64,000 nucleotides of DNA, taken from Tubiluchus corallicola (Eukaryota; Animalia; Priapulida). Both the position numbers and the translations under genes were made by a program. The notes under the pieces are model-generated. The model had not been told where the DNA came from. It searched no databases and was given only the letters and a program-made list of their open reading frames with translations. The stretch is taken from positions 351,605 to 415,604 of the forward strand of contig JAQGDQ010000071.1 of the NCBI GenBank assembly GCA_030141605.1, in the 5' to 3' direction. Below, in pieces: positions 41,801 to 56,344 of the stretch (within the stretch, counting starts at the first letter, position 1; each line of letters starts with the position of its first letter).

Positions 41801-42104
41801 TCTCCCAATTTTCATTTACAGAATTTTGTAGTTTGTAAATTTTTGGAAAATTTGTTGATCGTGTTCACACTTATAAAAAAAGTTTTCATGAAATTATATA
41901 TTCATTGCATTATAGCTACTGTAGTCTCAGTGTATTTCAAGAAATTAAGATTACGTGTATTTTAGAAGTGAACTAAGTTTTACACCTAAATGTTAGTGGA
42001 TTCTCACCTAGCATTAACGATAACCTACCATTTCTCTAGTTAACGTGCATTGTAGAACAACTTTAAAAAACGTTTTTTATTTGCCATCTGACAAAAACGT
42101 TTTT

Positions 42105-44453
42105 AGTGTGCATGTCACGTTTAATTTTAGGTTATTGAGGCAAACATCACTTAGACTAGTACAGCAGTTTTTATTCGTTAATTTATAAAAGAGGTATATT
42201 TAAACTTTAGTCAATTATATTCAAAACATTAACGCAGTTACGTACTTAAGGCCTAAACTAATTGTAAGAGAGAAATTTTTAGACGATGCCACTGCATACA
42301 TAAACCATAGGGAATACAGTAATATCAAATTTAATTATCGTCTTTTTATTCAGATTTTCAATTTAGAATAAACACTTGGCACTCACGACCAAGTGGTCAC
42401 TAAGCTAACTGTGTTAAACCAATGACACACGGCCGCCAAAACACACAAACCCGCCGACGTCGGCCATGATAACTCTCCTTAACAGGGCTGTCTCTCCCAT
42501 TAATGCAAACCAGGCAGTTGCGCAGGGCACCAAATTTTGGTTGGCGTCAAATTCTGGAAGTAATTATTTCATTTTGAAGTTTAGCTTAAGTAATAACATA
42601 GCGTATGTGTAATAACATAGCTTAAGTAATAACATTGTGTATGTGTAATAACATAGCTTAAGTAATAAAATTGTGTATGTGTAATACCATAGCTTAAGTA
42701 ATAACATTGTGTATGTGTAACATAGATTAAGTAATAGCATTGTGTATGTGTAGTAATATAGCTTAAGTAATAACATTGTGTATGTGTAATAACATAGCTT
42801 AAGTAATAACATTGTGTATGTGTAATAATATAGCTTAAGTAATAACATTGTGTATGTGTAATAACATAGCTTAAGTAATAACATTGTGTATGTGTAATAA
42901 TATAGCTTAAGTAATAACATAGCGTATGTGTAATAACATAGCTTAAGTAATAACATTGTGTATGTGTAATAATATAGCTTAAGTAATAACATAGCGTATG
43001 TGTAATAACATAGCTTAAGTAATAACATTGTGTATGTGTAATAATATAGTTTAAGTAATAACATTGTGTATGTGTAATAATATAGCTTAAGTAATAACAT
43101 TGTGTATGTGTAATAACATAGATTAAGTAATAACATTGTGTATGTGTAATAACATAGATTAAGTAATAACATTGTGTATGTGTAATAACATAGCTTAAGT
43201 AACAACATAGCGTATGTGTAATTCTTTAAGTGCGCAACACTAATCAAACGAAACGAACCATAATCTTTCTGTCGAAATGGATAATTCATCGATGCTAGGA
43301 AGTTAATTCCTACAGCAAAACACTTTCTAGTTTAGTTTTATTTGTATTTCTAAGATTACATCATTCCACTCAGACATTTCTTGCGCGTGATTTTGCAAGC
43401 ATTTTCTATTCTATGCATCGAGCAGCCTCGCTACGTAAGTGCTTATTGTAATGACCCTTACGTTAATAAACACTTCTTTCTATAGCATTTGTCTAATTAT
43501 GCCAAATAAACTTACAAGAGTCGAAGTGTTTAGGAGCGGAATTATACAGGAAATGAAAAGCAAGAAAGCTAGCGGGTGACGGGTGGCGGGTGGCGACAAT
43601 GAACAGCAGAAAGATTCGCCAGTGAAGCATTTGCAACAAAACCAGAGTTATGAAGCAGATGAAGCTAGTGAAATGGATGTACACGAAGAAAGAAGTTAAA
43701 GTTTCAAGGATTTCCTGACGAATAGCTGAGGGAAAATCTAAACAAGAAGAGCTGAAATCACAGAAATTTGATTGCTCCTGTAATAGGGTTATAAAGTCAG
43801 TTTCAAATTTAGTCAACACAATACAAGCTGTAGATAGGTAATTGACCACACTTAATTAGTTCACTATCACACATGCATAAGTCTAACACACAGGTACCAT
43901 TATACTTTATTATAATATCATACAAGAAAAATTCAAATTTGCTGATGCTGTGTGAACCGGGGTGGAAGGGGTTGACCGTTGTTCAAATTCCGTCAACACA
44001 GCACAAACTGTAGATCTATCACACATGCATAAGCCTAACGCACAGGTAGCATTATACTTTACTATAATATTATACAAGAAAAATTCAATTTTGCGGGTGC
44101 TGTGTGGACCGTGGAAGGGGTTGACCGTTGAAGAGGGGGCGCTAAAACTAATTTTCCCTAAGGCCTACTAAGGAAAATTGTGTTAGCCATGACCCCTTAG
44201 ATCTGAATAAAAAGACGATACTTCAATTTGATATTACTGTACACCACATGGTTTATGTATGTATTTTAAATTTCTCTCATGCAATTAGCTTAGGTCTTAA
44301 GTACGTAATTGCGTTAATGTTTCGAACAGACATCAAAAATAATTCACTAAGAGTTTAAATATACCTGTTTTATAAATTAATAAATAAATACTGCTGTACT
44401 AGTCCAAGTGATTTTTGCCTCTGTAATTTAAAATTAAACGTGATATGCACACT
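42105..44453. mobile_element. Old foldback-like element bounded by ~250-bp diverged inverted repeats (42105-42355 / 44201-44453)
   Basis: GTGCATGTCACGTTTAATTTTA...CTAGTACAGCAGT...TACGTACTTAAG...CGTCTTTTTATTCAGAT matches the reverse complement at 44201-44453. Confidence 0.6.
42582..43221. repeat. 36-bp minisatellite, ~18 copies
   Basis: Unit AGCTTAAGTAATAACATTGTGTATGTGTAATAACAT, head to tail with no spacers. Confidence 0.95.
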
Positions 44454-46349
44454 CAGACTACCTAGAGCCCACCCTGCTCGTTAAATTATAGAAGCCATTG
44501 AAAAGATTCACACTTGTGAAACTACTAGCTGTTCGCGTCTGTAGTGTAATGTAACTACAAAAACTTATAAATTAAGTATCTTAGCGCATTATATCGTTGT
44601 ATGTAAAAATGTCCTACCGAAGAGAGACACTGCCAGTTCAAGCATTTTTCGTTCTTTGATTTGATACAGTGAGTTATCATTGATAGACGGTGCTATACTT
44701 AATTTCTCTAAGGAAAAAGCCAGAAAGGCACTTAGTATATATGCTAAACAGTCCGTTCATCGCTTATGTTTTCCTTTATTGCTATTTTGATGATTGCTGT
44801 TCATTGCTAGTTTTGCTGCTAGCTAAAATACTCGTGTTTATCTAACTGTCTTTCATGTTTGGCATCAAAATTTCATCAATTGTTGGTTTTTTCCATCCTT
44901 AAAGGAAGACAGGGTGATTTTTTTATATACCAGCCCATTTCAAGTCCGATAAAAGGGATACATTTTAACACAATTAATACCGCAAAAGTAGTTCTCATAA
45001 TTAAATAATAGATTAAAAATTTAATTAACGGCGGGCTAGCCCACCTATTGATGACATCACCAATTAACATAATTTTCAAAGGCAAAAATACTCCACTAGC
45101 TTGTTTGAACTGTTTGAAAAGTACAGTGGTATTCAGTGTGTTGTATCAAAGCAAGGCAAGTTTTAATATAAAAATTCAAATTTCAGAATAAGTGCTGTGC
45201 TCACGCATGAGCTGTCGAATGTTTGTAGTTCGTCGCAAACTAACGCATCTGAACAGAGAGGCACAGCACCTGTTTTTTGTGCATTGCGTTTCTGAAATGC
45301 AGGCGCTAGTGCCCGTCTAGCTAACGAATGGCGAAATGCATGTAACAGCGAAGAACTAGTGGCGCGAACGTGAAATTGTATTTCTGGGGTATTAATTATT
45401 TCACGTAAGTCATTTTTGAAAAAAAGAGTATGTTTCCTTTCAATATTTTAAAGAGTAGATTGTTTTGACCTACAGTTTAAGATTAGGCCTGGTTTTACTT
45501 TAATAATAATAATCTTGATTCTAGTTACTCAATTAAGTCATTAATTTTCCACAGAAATTTCAGGATCAAAATTGATGTTAATTGTTAGATTCACTCCAGT
45601 GTAAGAGGTCTAACAGTGGAAATGCTGAAATTAGTTTACCAAACAAAAAGAATGAACTTTGGGCTGCTTTAATCATTGGAAATAGGGAAATAGGGAGACA
45701 AAATCCAGGCTGTATCCCATCTATTTTCAAATTTCCTGTCTCTGGGCTTTAGTATCAAAATTTAATTTACTGTATCTTTGTTCCATCATTCATGTTCTGT
45801 CATTGTTTTAATTTTGTCGGAAAAATTTATTTGACCCAACATCTTGGTCTGTGGATAGTTTTTTCCTAGAAACGGAGAAGGGTTTTTATGGGATATGAAA
45901 AAGGGTGGTTATATTTTCACTGTTTGTGACGTTTTTCTGCCTAGACCCGAAGTCTCATTTTCATTTTCTTTTCGGGACTGTGCAGTGATTGTAAAATGCT
46001 TAGCAAGAAAAACATTTTTACGTTTTAATTTGGTTTTCCCACAAAAATAAATCTGTGTATACGAGTTACGTGCCTATTCCGACAGAACTATAACTACAAT
46101 GTATTACCGGTTTATTTCCTAAACGCTATTTCGCCAACTTAAACATCGAAATTTTAAGTTTCGAAGTTTTACAAACGACGAGTAAAATCATCAGCAATAC
46201 AAGTGCACTAATTCTCAGATTATTTTCCCACTAAACTGTGAATTTTACTCTTGTTGTTGGAGTGTGTCCCATTCTTTTGTGCTTGCTAAACTATTTTGGG
46301 ATAAATTGCGCTAAGCATTCTTTCATGTAAGTCATTTTTGAAAAAAAAT

Positions 46350-46585
46350 AGTATGTGTCCTTTTAATATTTTAAAGAGTAGATTGTTTTGACCTACAGTT
46401 TAAGATTGGGTCCGGTTTTACTTTATATAGTATGTTTCCTTTCAATATTTTAAAGAGTAGATTGTTTTGACCTACAGTTTAAGATTGGGTCCGGTTTTAC
46501 TTTATATAGTATGTTTCCTTTCAATATTTTAACGAGTAGATTGTTTTGACCTACAGTTTAAGATTGGGTCCGGTTTTTACTTTAT
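46350..46585. repeat. 79-bp tandem repeat x3, with another copy at ~45428
   Basis: AGTATGTTTCCTTTCAATATTTTAAAGAGTAGATTGTTTTGACCTACAG... starts at 46350, 46429 and 46508. Confidence 0.85.
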
Positions 46586-46716
46586 ATTATACTTTATATA
46601 TTTTACTTTAATTTATAACACGGAATTATATAGAATAATTTTTGCTTGCATTACAATTTTTTTCTACTAATGATTGATAACTAACGATCATGAAAATACT
46701 CGATTATTTTTGCAGT

Positions 46717-47895
46717 ATGCAGGGGATAGGTGTTTGCCTGGTATTGGTATTACTGGCAGGACTATCATCTACTGAAACTCAGCCAGGTAAGTATTAATTT
46801 GGTTTCACATTTTAAATACAGTTTGACGTCGGTTAGTTAAATTATTTCGCCATTATTAGGTGTAAGACATTAAGAAAATGAACATATCTGTATCTCTATA
46901 AGTTCAGCAGTTGTTTCACTGATTGTTTGATTGGTTTTTTTCAACATGAAATTTTGACAGCAAATGTCTGGAGAATCTTAATTAACGCTGGCGCAATTTT
47001 TGGCAAATTCTTTTTTTCATTTACGGTTTGTGTGGGATTTTGATAAAAGTAAATCAAATGTTATTGATATGAACCTTTGTTTCCGTGCCTGTGCCGTTAA
47101 TGAAACACCATTGTTTAGTAGCCAAATTAGCGATGTTACTATGTTTTAAATGTGTTAATCAGAATTTAACAATCCATTGCGATTCCTTCCATCTACGATT
47201 AACAGCTATCTGTTGGTGAGCATAAACCGCAATCGTTTGTTAAATTCTTTGTTTTCACACTACAATCAAAGACTAATTATCCAAAACACCATATTATGGT
47301 TAGGTAATTAGTAATTACAGTAAACAGTTAAGTGTAAGTAAACTAACAGTTCCCTTGGTTGGTGACCTAATATTATGCAATAATGAACGCTAATCCTAAA
47401 GAATTTTAAGATACTTTTCTTTCAACTCTTTTTTTTCATAACTAAACATACATGTTTATCCACTTTTGCTAGCTTCAAGCGGAAAATTAATTTTTTTTCT
47501 TCCTTTGACTCTAGGTCCTCATAATATTAATTTTAAATACGTAAAGGTTAAATTATTATTAAAAGATAGGCACGTGTGTCTCTTCTTTCCCATTATTGAA
47601 CATTATTTTATTATAAACTAACACATTCGTATAACGTTCAATTTTCATTCGTCTTAAATGCAAAATCTGATAATTTTTTATTATCTGATACATGCGCATT
47701 AACTAATTAATTATATTAGTAACAATTCTGAGAGGGTGGCTGACCTCGATGACTTATAGTTCTTTCGCCACCCTTTCACCACTAATCAATAATTACTTTT
47801 GCACTTTGTAATGTTGTATTATTGTATGTTGTATAGATTTATAAATCTGTTAGTTATGTATTTTGCTATTTTAAAAATGGTGATAAACTAATAAA

Positions 47896-47941
<46 letters not shown>

Positions 47942-50900
47942 TACTCATGGGATTGAATTAAGAACGCCCGCGTTCACACGTGTCTGTGTTGTCTAGTCAT
48001 TGGTTTGAATTCCAAAGGTTTCTGGTTCAAATATATTGTGTTCACTTTACCAATAACTGATAATCTCGAATTTAAACTTATAACTAATTAGCTAATTATT
48101 TTATTTAATTACTTTCCAGAAGTTCCAAGTCATCTTCATGACTACGATTCCTACGTGCGGTTCTGCTTTTACCCGGGGGAGGCAGCTCGACGTCCCGCGC
48201 CAGCCACGTTCTTACCAGAAGACATCGACCCCTCAACTTGCACGCACATCGTGTTTGGATACGCCACAATATTGGATAATGAGCTGACGGCCAAGTCAGA
48301 GTCAGATTTAGGTAAGTTGCTTGTTGCAAAGTGCTTTTGCCAATATGGTGTTATTGTTTACCATCCAAAGAAATTTCTGTGCTCATTGCGATGATGATGA
48401 TGATTATGGCGACGACGACAACGATGATGATTCAGCTTTAAGTAGAACAGACAAACAAAGCTGCAATGAGATTTTTTATTGCCCACGATAAATTACGAAT
48501 TACAACTACATAACAGAGATTAGTCACACAGGGCAACTACACGTAGCATTTTTTAATTTTTTTATATGACTGTCTTTCGTATCGAACACGCAACCTCCTG
48601 TACGGAGCTCGGACGTTTTACCTATCAGGCTACGCAGCCACTGTATTTGCCTAAGTGTTTGAAGAGAGACAGTACGACGTGACTATTAAACGAATACACA
48701 ACATTGTCGTTCTGGCTATTGAGATTGCAAGCTGAGGTAAAAAGGTATCGAGGTTTAGGGACTGAAGTCGTGGACACTGGGTAGTGGGTTTTGAGTTTAA
48801 ACAGGTACTGTGGGTAGAAATACCAAAAAACGTCAGGTCTATTTTATACACTCCCGAAATACTTTTCAGATTGCACGCAAAGTGTTAAAATTACTTGAAG
48901 ATCACCAGTCGAATATTCATTCACGAAAAAAGGTTTATAAATAGAAGTAAATAAGTATAATCATTTTACTAGTTTTACAATCTGTTCACAAACCTACTAA
49001 ATTGACAATATGATAAAAATCATGGTTTTTTGGTTCTTTTCTTAGAGAAGCGGTACGAAATCTCGACTTCACACTTAATCGCATTTAGATATAGATCTAG
49101 TAACTAATTTAATCTACAGCCAAAGGGAAGAAATAAAATGAGGTCTGCAACATCTTGATGGCTCTGCTTGTTAAATGGTTTCAGCTTATCGTAGCCCCGA
49201 ATGCACCACTCATATTTTACGCCTAGCACACGAACGCAGCGCACCCTGTGCTTAACTCCCCAGCCTGTGGTATCATTGATGACTTTCTTTTCTGGCTAAT
49301 TATCACATTGGACACAATTCAATTCAATTCAATAATTTTTTATTTGGCTGATTTGCAACACAAAACATTAAACTATATACGTAATGATAGCAACAATGCG
49401 ATAACAAAAACAGGTATGGTTTGAAAATTCTACAGAGTAGGATCGTGAACTTTCCAGACTCACCCCGAGACATGTCTTCTGTTCCTGAAATGGTAACTCG
49501 CGTAATTTCGTAACTTTGAAGCTCGTAGCTCTAATTTTAAATGCTTTTACTCACTTTCTGCATATAGTATTTTTTAGCACTTCTAGTTTTAGTCTAGGTA
49601 AATTTTAATTGTATGTTTTTGTGGCTTTTATGCTGAAATAAATAGTACAATGAATGGATCAATCATAAATCAATCATTCTGACATGCTCTTCTCCTCACT
49701 TCTTAGCTTAACAAACCCAAATGAGGTTCAGTTTTAGTTATTTCAATGGCAAATAAAAAAAATTGATTTAATTTTGCTTTAATTTTGTTGCGTTTTTCCA
49801 ACTTTTTTGTTAAATGATAAAGCACATAAAAATTGACGATATAAAACACATTGAAAAATCCCTGGTAAAGACCTACTTAACAATAACCAAGGTACACGGT
49901 GCAAGAAAGCAACAAACTGAACAAAGACCTGATCAAGTAAAAGTGCATTCAAAGCTGTGGTACAAGGAAAAAACCTAATGAAGCAATGAGTATTGAAGTA
50001 ACTTTCCACAAATTTTATATTTTGTCAGAATTTCAAGAGGCCATTTATGCACTTTAACCCATGTCACAAAAATGATGTGTCGCATTCATTGTTAAACCAA
50101 ATTTTGAGCTAAACGTTTTTTAAAACATCGTTATTGCATTGTTTAAGACGCTGGTTGGGCTTTAAATTGCTATTTGCAGTAATACCTAACTAAAAAATCC
50201 GTTTGCACTAACTGTTTCTGTCGAAGCATTTAATAAAATTCTTTTTTAGAATTGTTTCAGAGAATCCTGGCCCTAAAAAACCAAAATCCAGATCTGAAGG
50301 TACTGCTAGCAGTAGGCGGTTGGGCAGAAGGTTCACAGCGTTTCAGCAATATGGCGTGGTCTCTCAACTCACGTCTTACCTTTGTTAATTCTGTACTTCA
50401 TTTCCTGAGACAATATGGTTTCGATGGACTAAATGTCGACTGGGAGTTTCCGGGCTACGAACGAAGAGGTGGACATCCTTCAGATAGAGACAATTTACCA
50501 CTGCTCTTAGAGGTATTGATATAAAAATATTAGTAGTATTTGACAGGCTATAACACTCTAACTGCTTTGCTCTTGAAATTCATCTTTTCAAGCATTTTAA
50601 AGCAGGTTGTTAGTTCTGCTAGTTGACCGTCGGTTCTTCGTGTCTATATGGTGTAGTTTTGGCTTGAACAAATTAATGCAAAGTGAGGACTCTTCTTACC
50701 CAATATCTCTGTGTCAATTTTAAATTTATGTACAATTGTGTGTTTAATTTTTAGGAGCTTCACAAGATCTTTACGATGGAAGCCAAGTTTTCCGGCAACA
50801 ATCAACTAATCTTGGCCACCACGATACCGGGCGCTAAATACTGGATAGATTTGGGTTACGACATCCCGAAAATCTCTTCGTGCGTTTATAAATACGTTTC

Positions 50901-53900
50901 TTATTTTTGATGAAAATAATTGGTACTAATAACGCTATTTAAAAGTTGAATTATCAGTGAATGATAAATTATTATGTAGAAGATAACCGCCCTGCAGGTC
51001 AAGTGACTAACCTCAAAATTGTCCTTGAAATCTATCATCTACTACCATTAATCCTTGCAAAGCGCCTTGTGTAAAAAACATCTCTGGTTATTTGTGCTCA
51101 AAGAGAAAAAGCTTCTCATAATATTCTTGATTTCTAAATGCAGGTTTAGTGATTATTTACCAATGATGACTTATCACCTTAATGGAATATGGAACAAACA
51201 CGCTGGTCATGGAAGTCCTTTGCATCCTCACTCCTACGATGTGGACAAAACTGCGAATATTGTAAGTGAAGAGGTCGCCTTTGAAATATCTTTGTTTTTA
51301 GTAATTTCAGTTAAGTGTAAGACAACTTGGAAAATCACACACAAGCAAGGGCAGCATTTTTGTGTCATGTGTGTGAAAGGGATAAATTATTGGAAAATCA
51401 CGGAAGCACTTTTGAGACTAATAGCTATGAAGATGCGGTATGATCGTTTTCCTTAGATAACCTAGTAATCTTCCATGCCATATAGTGTTCCTTGGTTTTT
51501 AGGGTACTTGGATAACCTAATAATCTTCCATGCCATGTAGTGTTCCTTAGTTTTTAGTGTACTTGGATAACCTAATAATCTTCCATGCCATGTAGTGTTC
51601 CTTAGTTTTTAGTGTACTTAGATAATCTAATAATCTTCCATGCCATATAATGTTCCTTAGTTTTTAGTGTACTTAGATAACCTAATAATCTTCCATGCCA
51701 TGTAGTGTTCCTTAGTTTTTAGGGTACTTAAATAACCTAGTAATCTTTCATGTCATATAGCGTTCCTTAGTTTTTAGTGTACTTAGATAATCTAATAATC
51801 TTCCATGCCATGTAATGTTCCTTAGTTTTTAGTGTACTTAGATAATCTAATAATCTTCCATGCCATGTAATGTTCCTTAGTTTTTAGCGTACTTAGATAA
51901 TCTAATAATCTTCCATGCCATATAATGTTCTTTAGTTTTTAGTGTACTTAGATAATCTAATAATCTTCCATGCCATGTAGTGTTCCTTAGTTTTTAGTGT
52001 ACTTAGATAATCTATTAATCTTCCATGCCATGTAGTGTTGCTTAGTTTTTAGTGTACTTAGATAATCTAATAATCTTCCATGCCATGTAGTGTTCCTTAG
52101 TTTTTAGTGTATTTAGATAATCTAATAATCTTCCATGCCATATAACGTTCCTTAGTTTTTAGTGTACTTAGACAATCTAATAATCTTCCATGCCATATAG
52201 CGTTCCTTAGTTTTTAGTGTACTTAGATAATTTAATAATCTTCCATGCCATATAGCGTTCCTTAGTTTTTAGTGTACTTAGATAACCTAAATCCTATTAT
52301 CGTTGCTTTTTTTTAAGGAATTCATCGTCCAATATTGGATAAACCATGGAACGGATCCAAAGAAATTGCTGCTGGGAATTCCTCTTTTTGGACAGACTTA
52401 CACTCTCCAAGACCCATCTGACCACATGTTAAATGCACCTATTGTAGGAAGTGGCAAGGCTGGACACATGTATCAACAGGAAGGAATGATGCCGTACTAC
52501 GAGGTTTGTGCCCACAAAACTTTGCTTGAGCTTATTCTTATTAAGATTTTCGGCTTCTTGTGGATTGGTAAACACCAATCTTATTACTGCTTAAGTGATA
52601 GATTTAGCCAACTGAACAACTGATAATGCTTCTTGCGAATATTTTTTGAATGACTTACAGATCTACGTCTTCACTCATAATAAATGAATAAATTACGACA
52701 AAATTTGCAGATTATAAAGATTCGCAAATCTGTTTCGGAAAATTCACAAACATTTTAATGGTACCAATGTGCGGCATTTGTCACATTTGCAAATAAATAA
52801 AAATTGTGGTTTATTTCTATTAATTTTAATGACTTGCATTACTTAAATCTTTTGTAGGTGTGTTCTGAAGTGATGCCAAGCTATGAAAGCTTTTGGGTTG
52901 AAGATCAGCTTGTTCCATTTGCTTACAAAAATGACCAATGGATTGGCTACGAGGATTCAAGGAGTATTAGTGAAAAGGTAACAATCCTTTGCAGTATATT
53001 TGGACAAGTTCTAGAACTTCCATCACCAAACTTTCACTAATTTTTTTGTACGTATTGTTGACCACAGTTAGCATTCAACTGGTTACTGATCACCAACTTT
53101 TGTAATTTTTGCAACGCATTTGCATGTTATCAACGGGCCTCATTTTTCCCTGACTGACAATAGGGTTCGTCTAACTAGTTTTTGTTTGTAGGTCAAGTAT
53201 GTGATCGACAATCACCTTGGAGGCGTTATGGTCTGGGCATTAGGTTTTGATGATTTTAAAGGTCATTGTAATCATGGAAGGAATCCTCTGTTGACCACAA
53301 TAAAAACAGAATTGCTGGAAGTGACACAGGTGACCTATGTAATCCACACAAAATCTTCAAATGTTTTACAGCAGTTGCCGCACAAGTATGAAACGGGTGC
53401 AGTAGAACCACATTATGCAACATCACATCACGGTGAGACGTACAGGCGTCATACTGTGCAACATCGGCGACACTACGTACAACATGTATCCCATCAGCAA
53501 GAAGGACAACACCCTGTTCATGGATATGATGAGCACCATGCCTACCATGGGCACAGTCGCAGTCGCAGAGTGGAGTCATCATATTCACGGCACGGGAATT
53601 ATCACGATGCGTATCCTCATCAAACACAAGGAAGTTACATACCATATCAAGAACACGAAATGATTCCCCACGAAACGTACAATTACGAAACATATCCACA
53701 CAGAGATGCATATGAAGTCTACCCTAGCAACAGCTATCCTTATGACGCTCACAATTATGTAATATATCTGCCGGAGCAGTATGACGTGCACCCTCATCAA
53801 ACACATGAGAATTACGGTGCATATTCAGCACATGGACAGTATGATGATTTCGAAGTACATCCTCGTGAAAGTTCTGAAATATATCCAGTAAACGAGCCGC

Positions 53901-56344
53901 ATGCGTACCCTTATGAAAAAAGCAATTATTACGATACTTACCCTGGGTCTGAACTCTATGAAGTTCATCCTTATGAAAGTTATGGTTATGAAACACACCC
54001 TGATGAACTGTATGCTGAACATGGACATTATGAAGGGCATCCTCGTGAAACATACCCTGAACATGGACATTATGAAGGGCATCCTCGTGAAACATATCCT
54101 GAACATGGACATTATGAAGGGCATCCTCGTGAAACATACCCTGAACATGGACATTATGAAGTGCATCCTCGTGAAACATACCCTGAACATGGACATTATG
54201 AAGTGCATCCTCGTGAAACATACCCTGAACATGGACATTATGAAGTGCATCCTCATGAAACATACCCTGAACATGGACATTATGAAGTGCATCCTCGTGA
54301 AACATACCCTGAACATGGACACTATGAAGTGCATCCTCATGAAACATACCCTGAACATGGACATTATGAAGTGCATCCTCGTGAAACATACCCTGAACAT
54401 GGACATTATGAAGTGCTTCCTCATGAAACATACCCTGAACATGGACACTATGAAGTGCTTCCTCATGAAACATACCCTGAACATGGACACTATGAAGTGC
54501 ATCCTCATGAAACATACCCTGAACATGGACACTATGAAGTGCATCCTCGTGAAACATACCCTGAACATGGACATTATGAAGTGCATCCTCGTGAAACATA
54601 CCCTGAACATGGACATTATGAAGTGCATCCTCATGAAACATACCCTGAACATGGACATTATGAAGTGCATCCTCATGAAACATACCCTGAACATGGACAT
54701 TATGAAGTGCTTCCTCATGAAACATACCCTGAACATGGACACTATGAAGTGCATCCTCATGAAGCGTACCCTGAACATGGACACTATGAAGTGCTTCCTC
54801 ATGAAACATACCCTGAACATGGACACTATGAAGTGCATCCTCATGAAACATACCCTGAACATGGACACTATGAAGTGCATCCTCGTGAAACATACCCTGA
54901 ACATGGACATTATGAAGTGCATCCTCGTGAAACATACCCTGAACATGGACATTATGAAGTGCATCCTCATGAAACATACCCTGAACATGGACATTATGAA
55001 GTGCATCCTCATGAAACATACCCTGAACATGGACATTATGAAGTGCTTCCTCATGAAACATACCCTGAACATGGACACTATGAAGTGCATCCTCATGAAA
55101 CATACCCTGAACATGGACATTATGAAGTGCTTCCTCATGAAACATACCCTGAACATGGACACTATGAAGTGCATCCTCATGAAACATACCCTGAACATGG
55201 ACACTATGAAGTGCATCCTCATGAAACGTACCCTGAACATGGACACTATGAAGTTCATCCTAATGAATTATATCCTCATGAAGAGTATCCTGAACATGGA
55301 CACTATGAAGTGCATCCTCATGAAACGTATCCTGAACATGGACACTATGAAGTGCATCCTCATGAAGAGTATCCTGAACATGGACACTATGAAGTGCATC
55401 CTCATGAAACGTATCCTGAACATGGACACTATGAAGTGCATCCTCATGAAACGTACCCTGAACATGGACACTATGAAGTGCATCCTCATGAAACGTATCC
55501 TGAATATGGACACTATGAAGTGCATCCTCATGAAACGTACCCTGAATATGGACACTATGAAGTGCATCCTCATGAAACGTACCCTGAACATGGACACTAT
55601 GAAGTGCATCCTCATGAAACGTACCCTGAACATGGACACTATGAAGTGCATCCTCATGAAACGTACCCTGAACATGGACACTATGAAGTGCATCCTCATG
55701 AAACGTACCCTGAACATGGACACTATGAAGTGCATCCTCATGAAACATACCCTGAACATGGACACGATGCATATGAAAGCTATCCAGGCCACTATGATAC
55801 GTATCCATCACATGTTTCCACAGTTGGTATTCCATTTCCACACCATACAGCTTATTCTTATGAAGGGTATCCTACAAATCAATCCTATGAACAATATCCA
55901 CGTAATACTTACAACGATTATGAATTACCTGGTACTGTTGGACACGAGACATATCCCAGTAATACTCATGGGGGCGAAAGCCTTGGCCCAGTAGTTGCCC
56001 AGGAAGAGCAGAGGCCATATAATCCAGAATTGGAGGAAACAAAACTTTCGGATTCCGGTTCATCTGCTTCTGGAAGAAACGGCGCTGTGGGAATGGCTAC
56101 AGAAAGTACGCAATGTGAGGTGAAAGGACCAGGTCCCTCTTGCTCCGGACATTCGCACATGGTAATGGCAAATCCAATAAACTGTCGCAAGTACTATCTA
56201 TGTCTGTGGCAGAACACACCCAATGAAATGCGTGTTCCAATGAACTGCCCGGAGGGAACAGTCTTTCATCCATTCAAATACATGTGTGATGATAAGGAAA
56301 ATGTTGATACATCCGTAATATGTAAATGTGGAGAAGAGTCGTGA
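46717..56344 (+). CDS. Secreted GH18 chitinase-like protein with His/Glu/Tyr/Pro repeat linker and C-terminal CBM14, ~1408 aa; exons 46717-46786, 48120-48311, 50250-50512, 50755-50879, 51144-51261, 52318-52503, 52858-52977, 53192-56344
   Basis: Signal peptide MQGIGVCLVLVLLAGLSST; IDPSTCTHIVFGYA, KVLLAVGGW, FDGLNVDWEFP, KLLLGIPLFG, QWIGYED, LGGVMVWALGFDDF; CBM14 ANPINCRKYYLC...CPEGTVFHP..MC. All intron phases consistent (4227 nt). Confidence 0.93.
51453..52290. repeat. 55-bp intronic minisatellite, ~15 copies
   Basis: Unit TTAGATAATCTAATAATCTTCCATGCCATGTAGTGTTCCTTAGTTTTTAGTGTAC. Confidence 0.95.
54016..55765 (+). repeat. Coding 42-bp tandem repeat, ~42 copies of (H/R)ETYPEHGHYEVHP
   Basis: In frame within the last chitinase exon; one 15-nt insertion near 55260. 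Confidence 0.95.

Noticed and set aside
42564-43289. 241-aa ORF, or a CRISPR-like 36-bp array
   Set aside because: Head-to-tail minisatellite with no unique spacers and no cas genes. The ORF arises from a stop-free unit whose length is divisible by 3.
53724-55994. Long alternative-frame and antisense ORFs (487, 477, 697, 193, 174 aa)
   Set aside because: By-products of the 42-bp repeat; only the chitinase frame links the GH18 domain to the CBM14.
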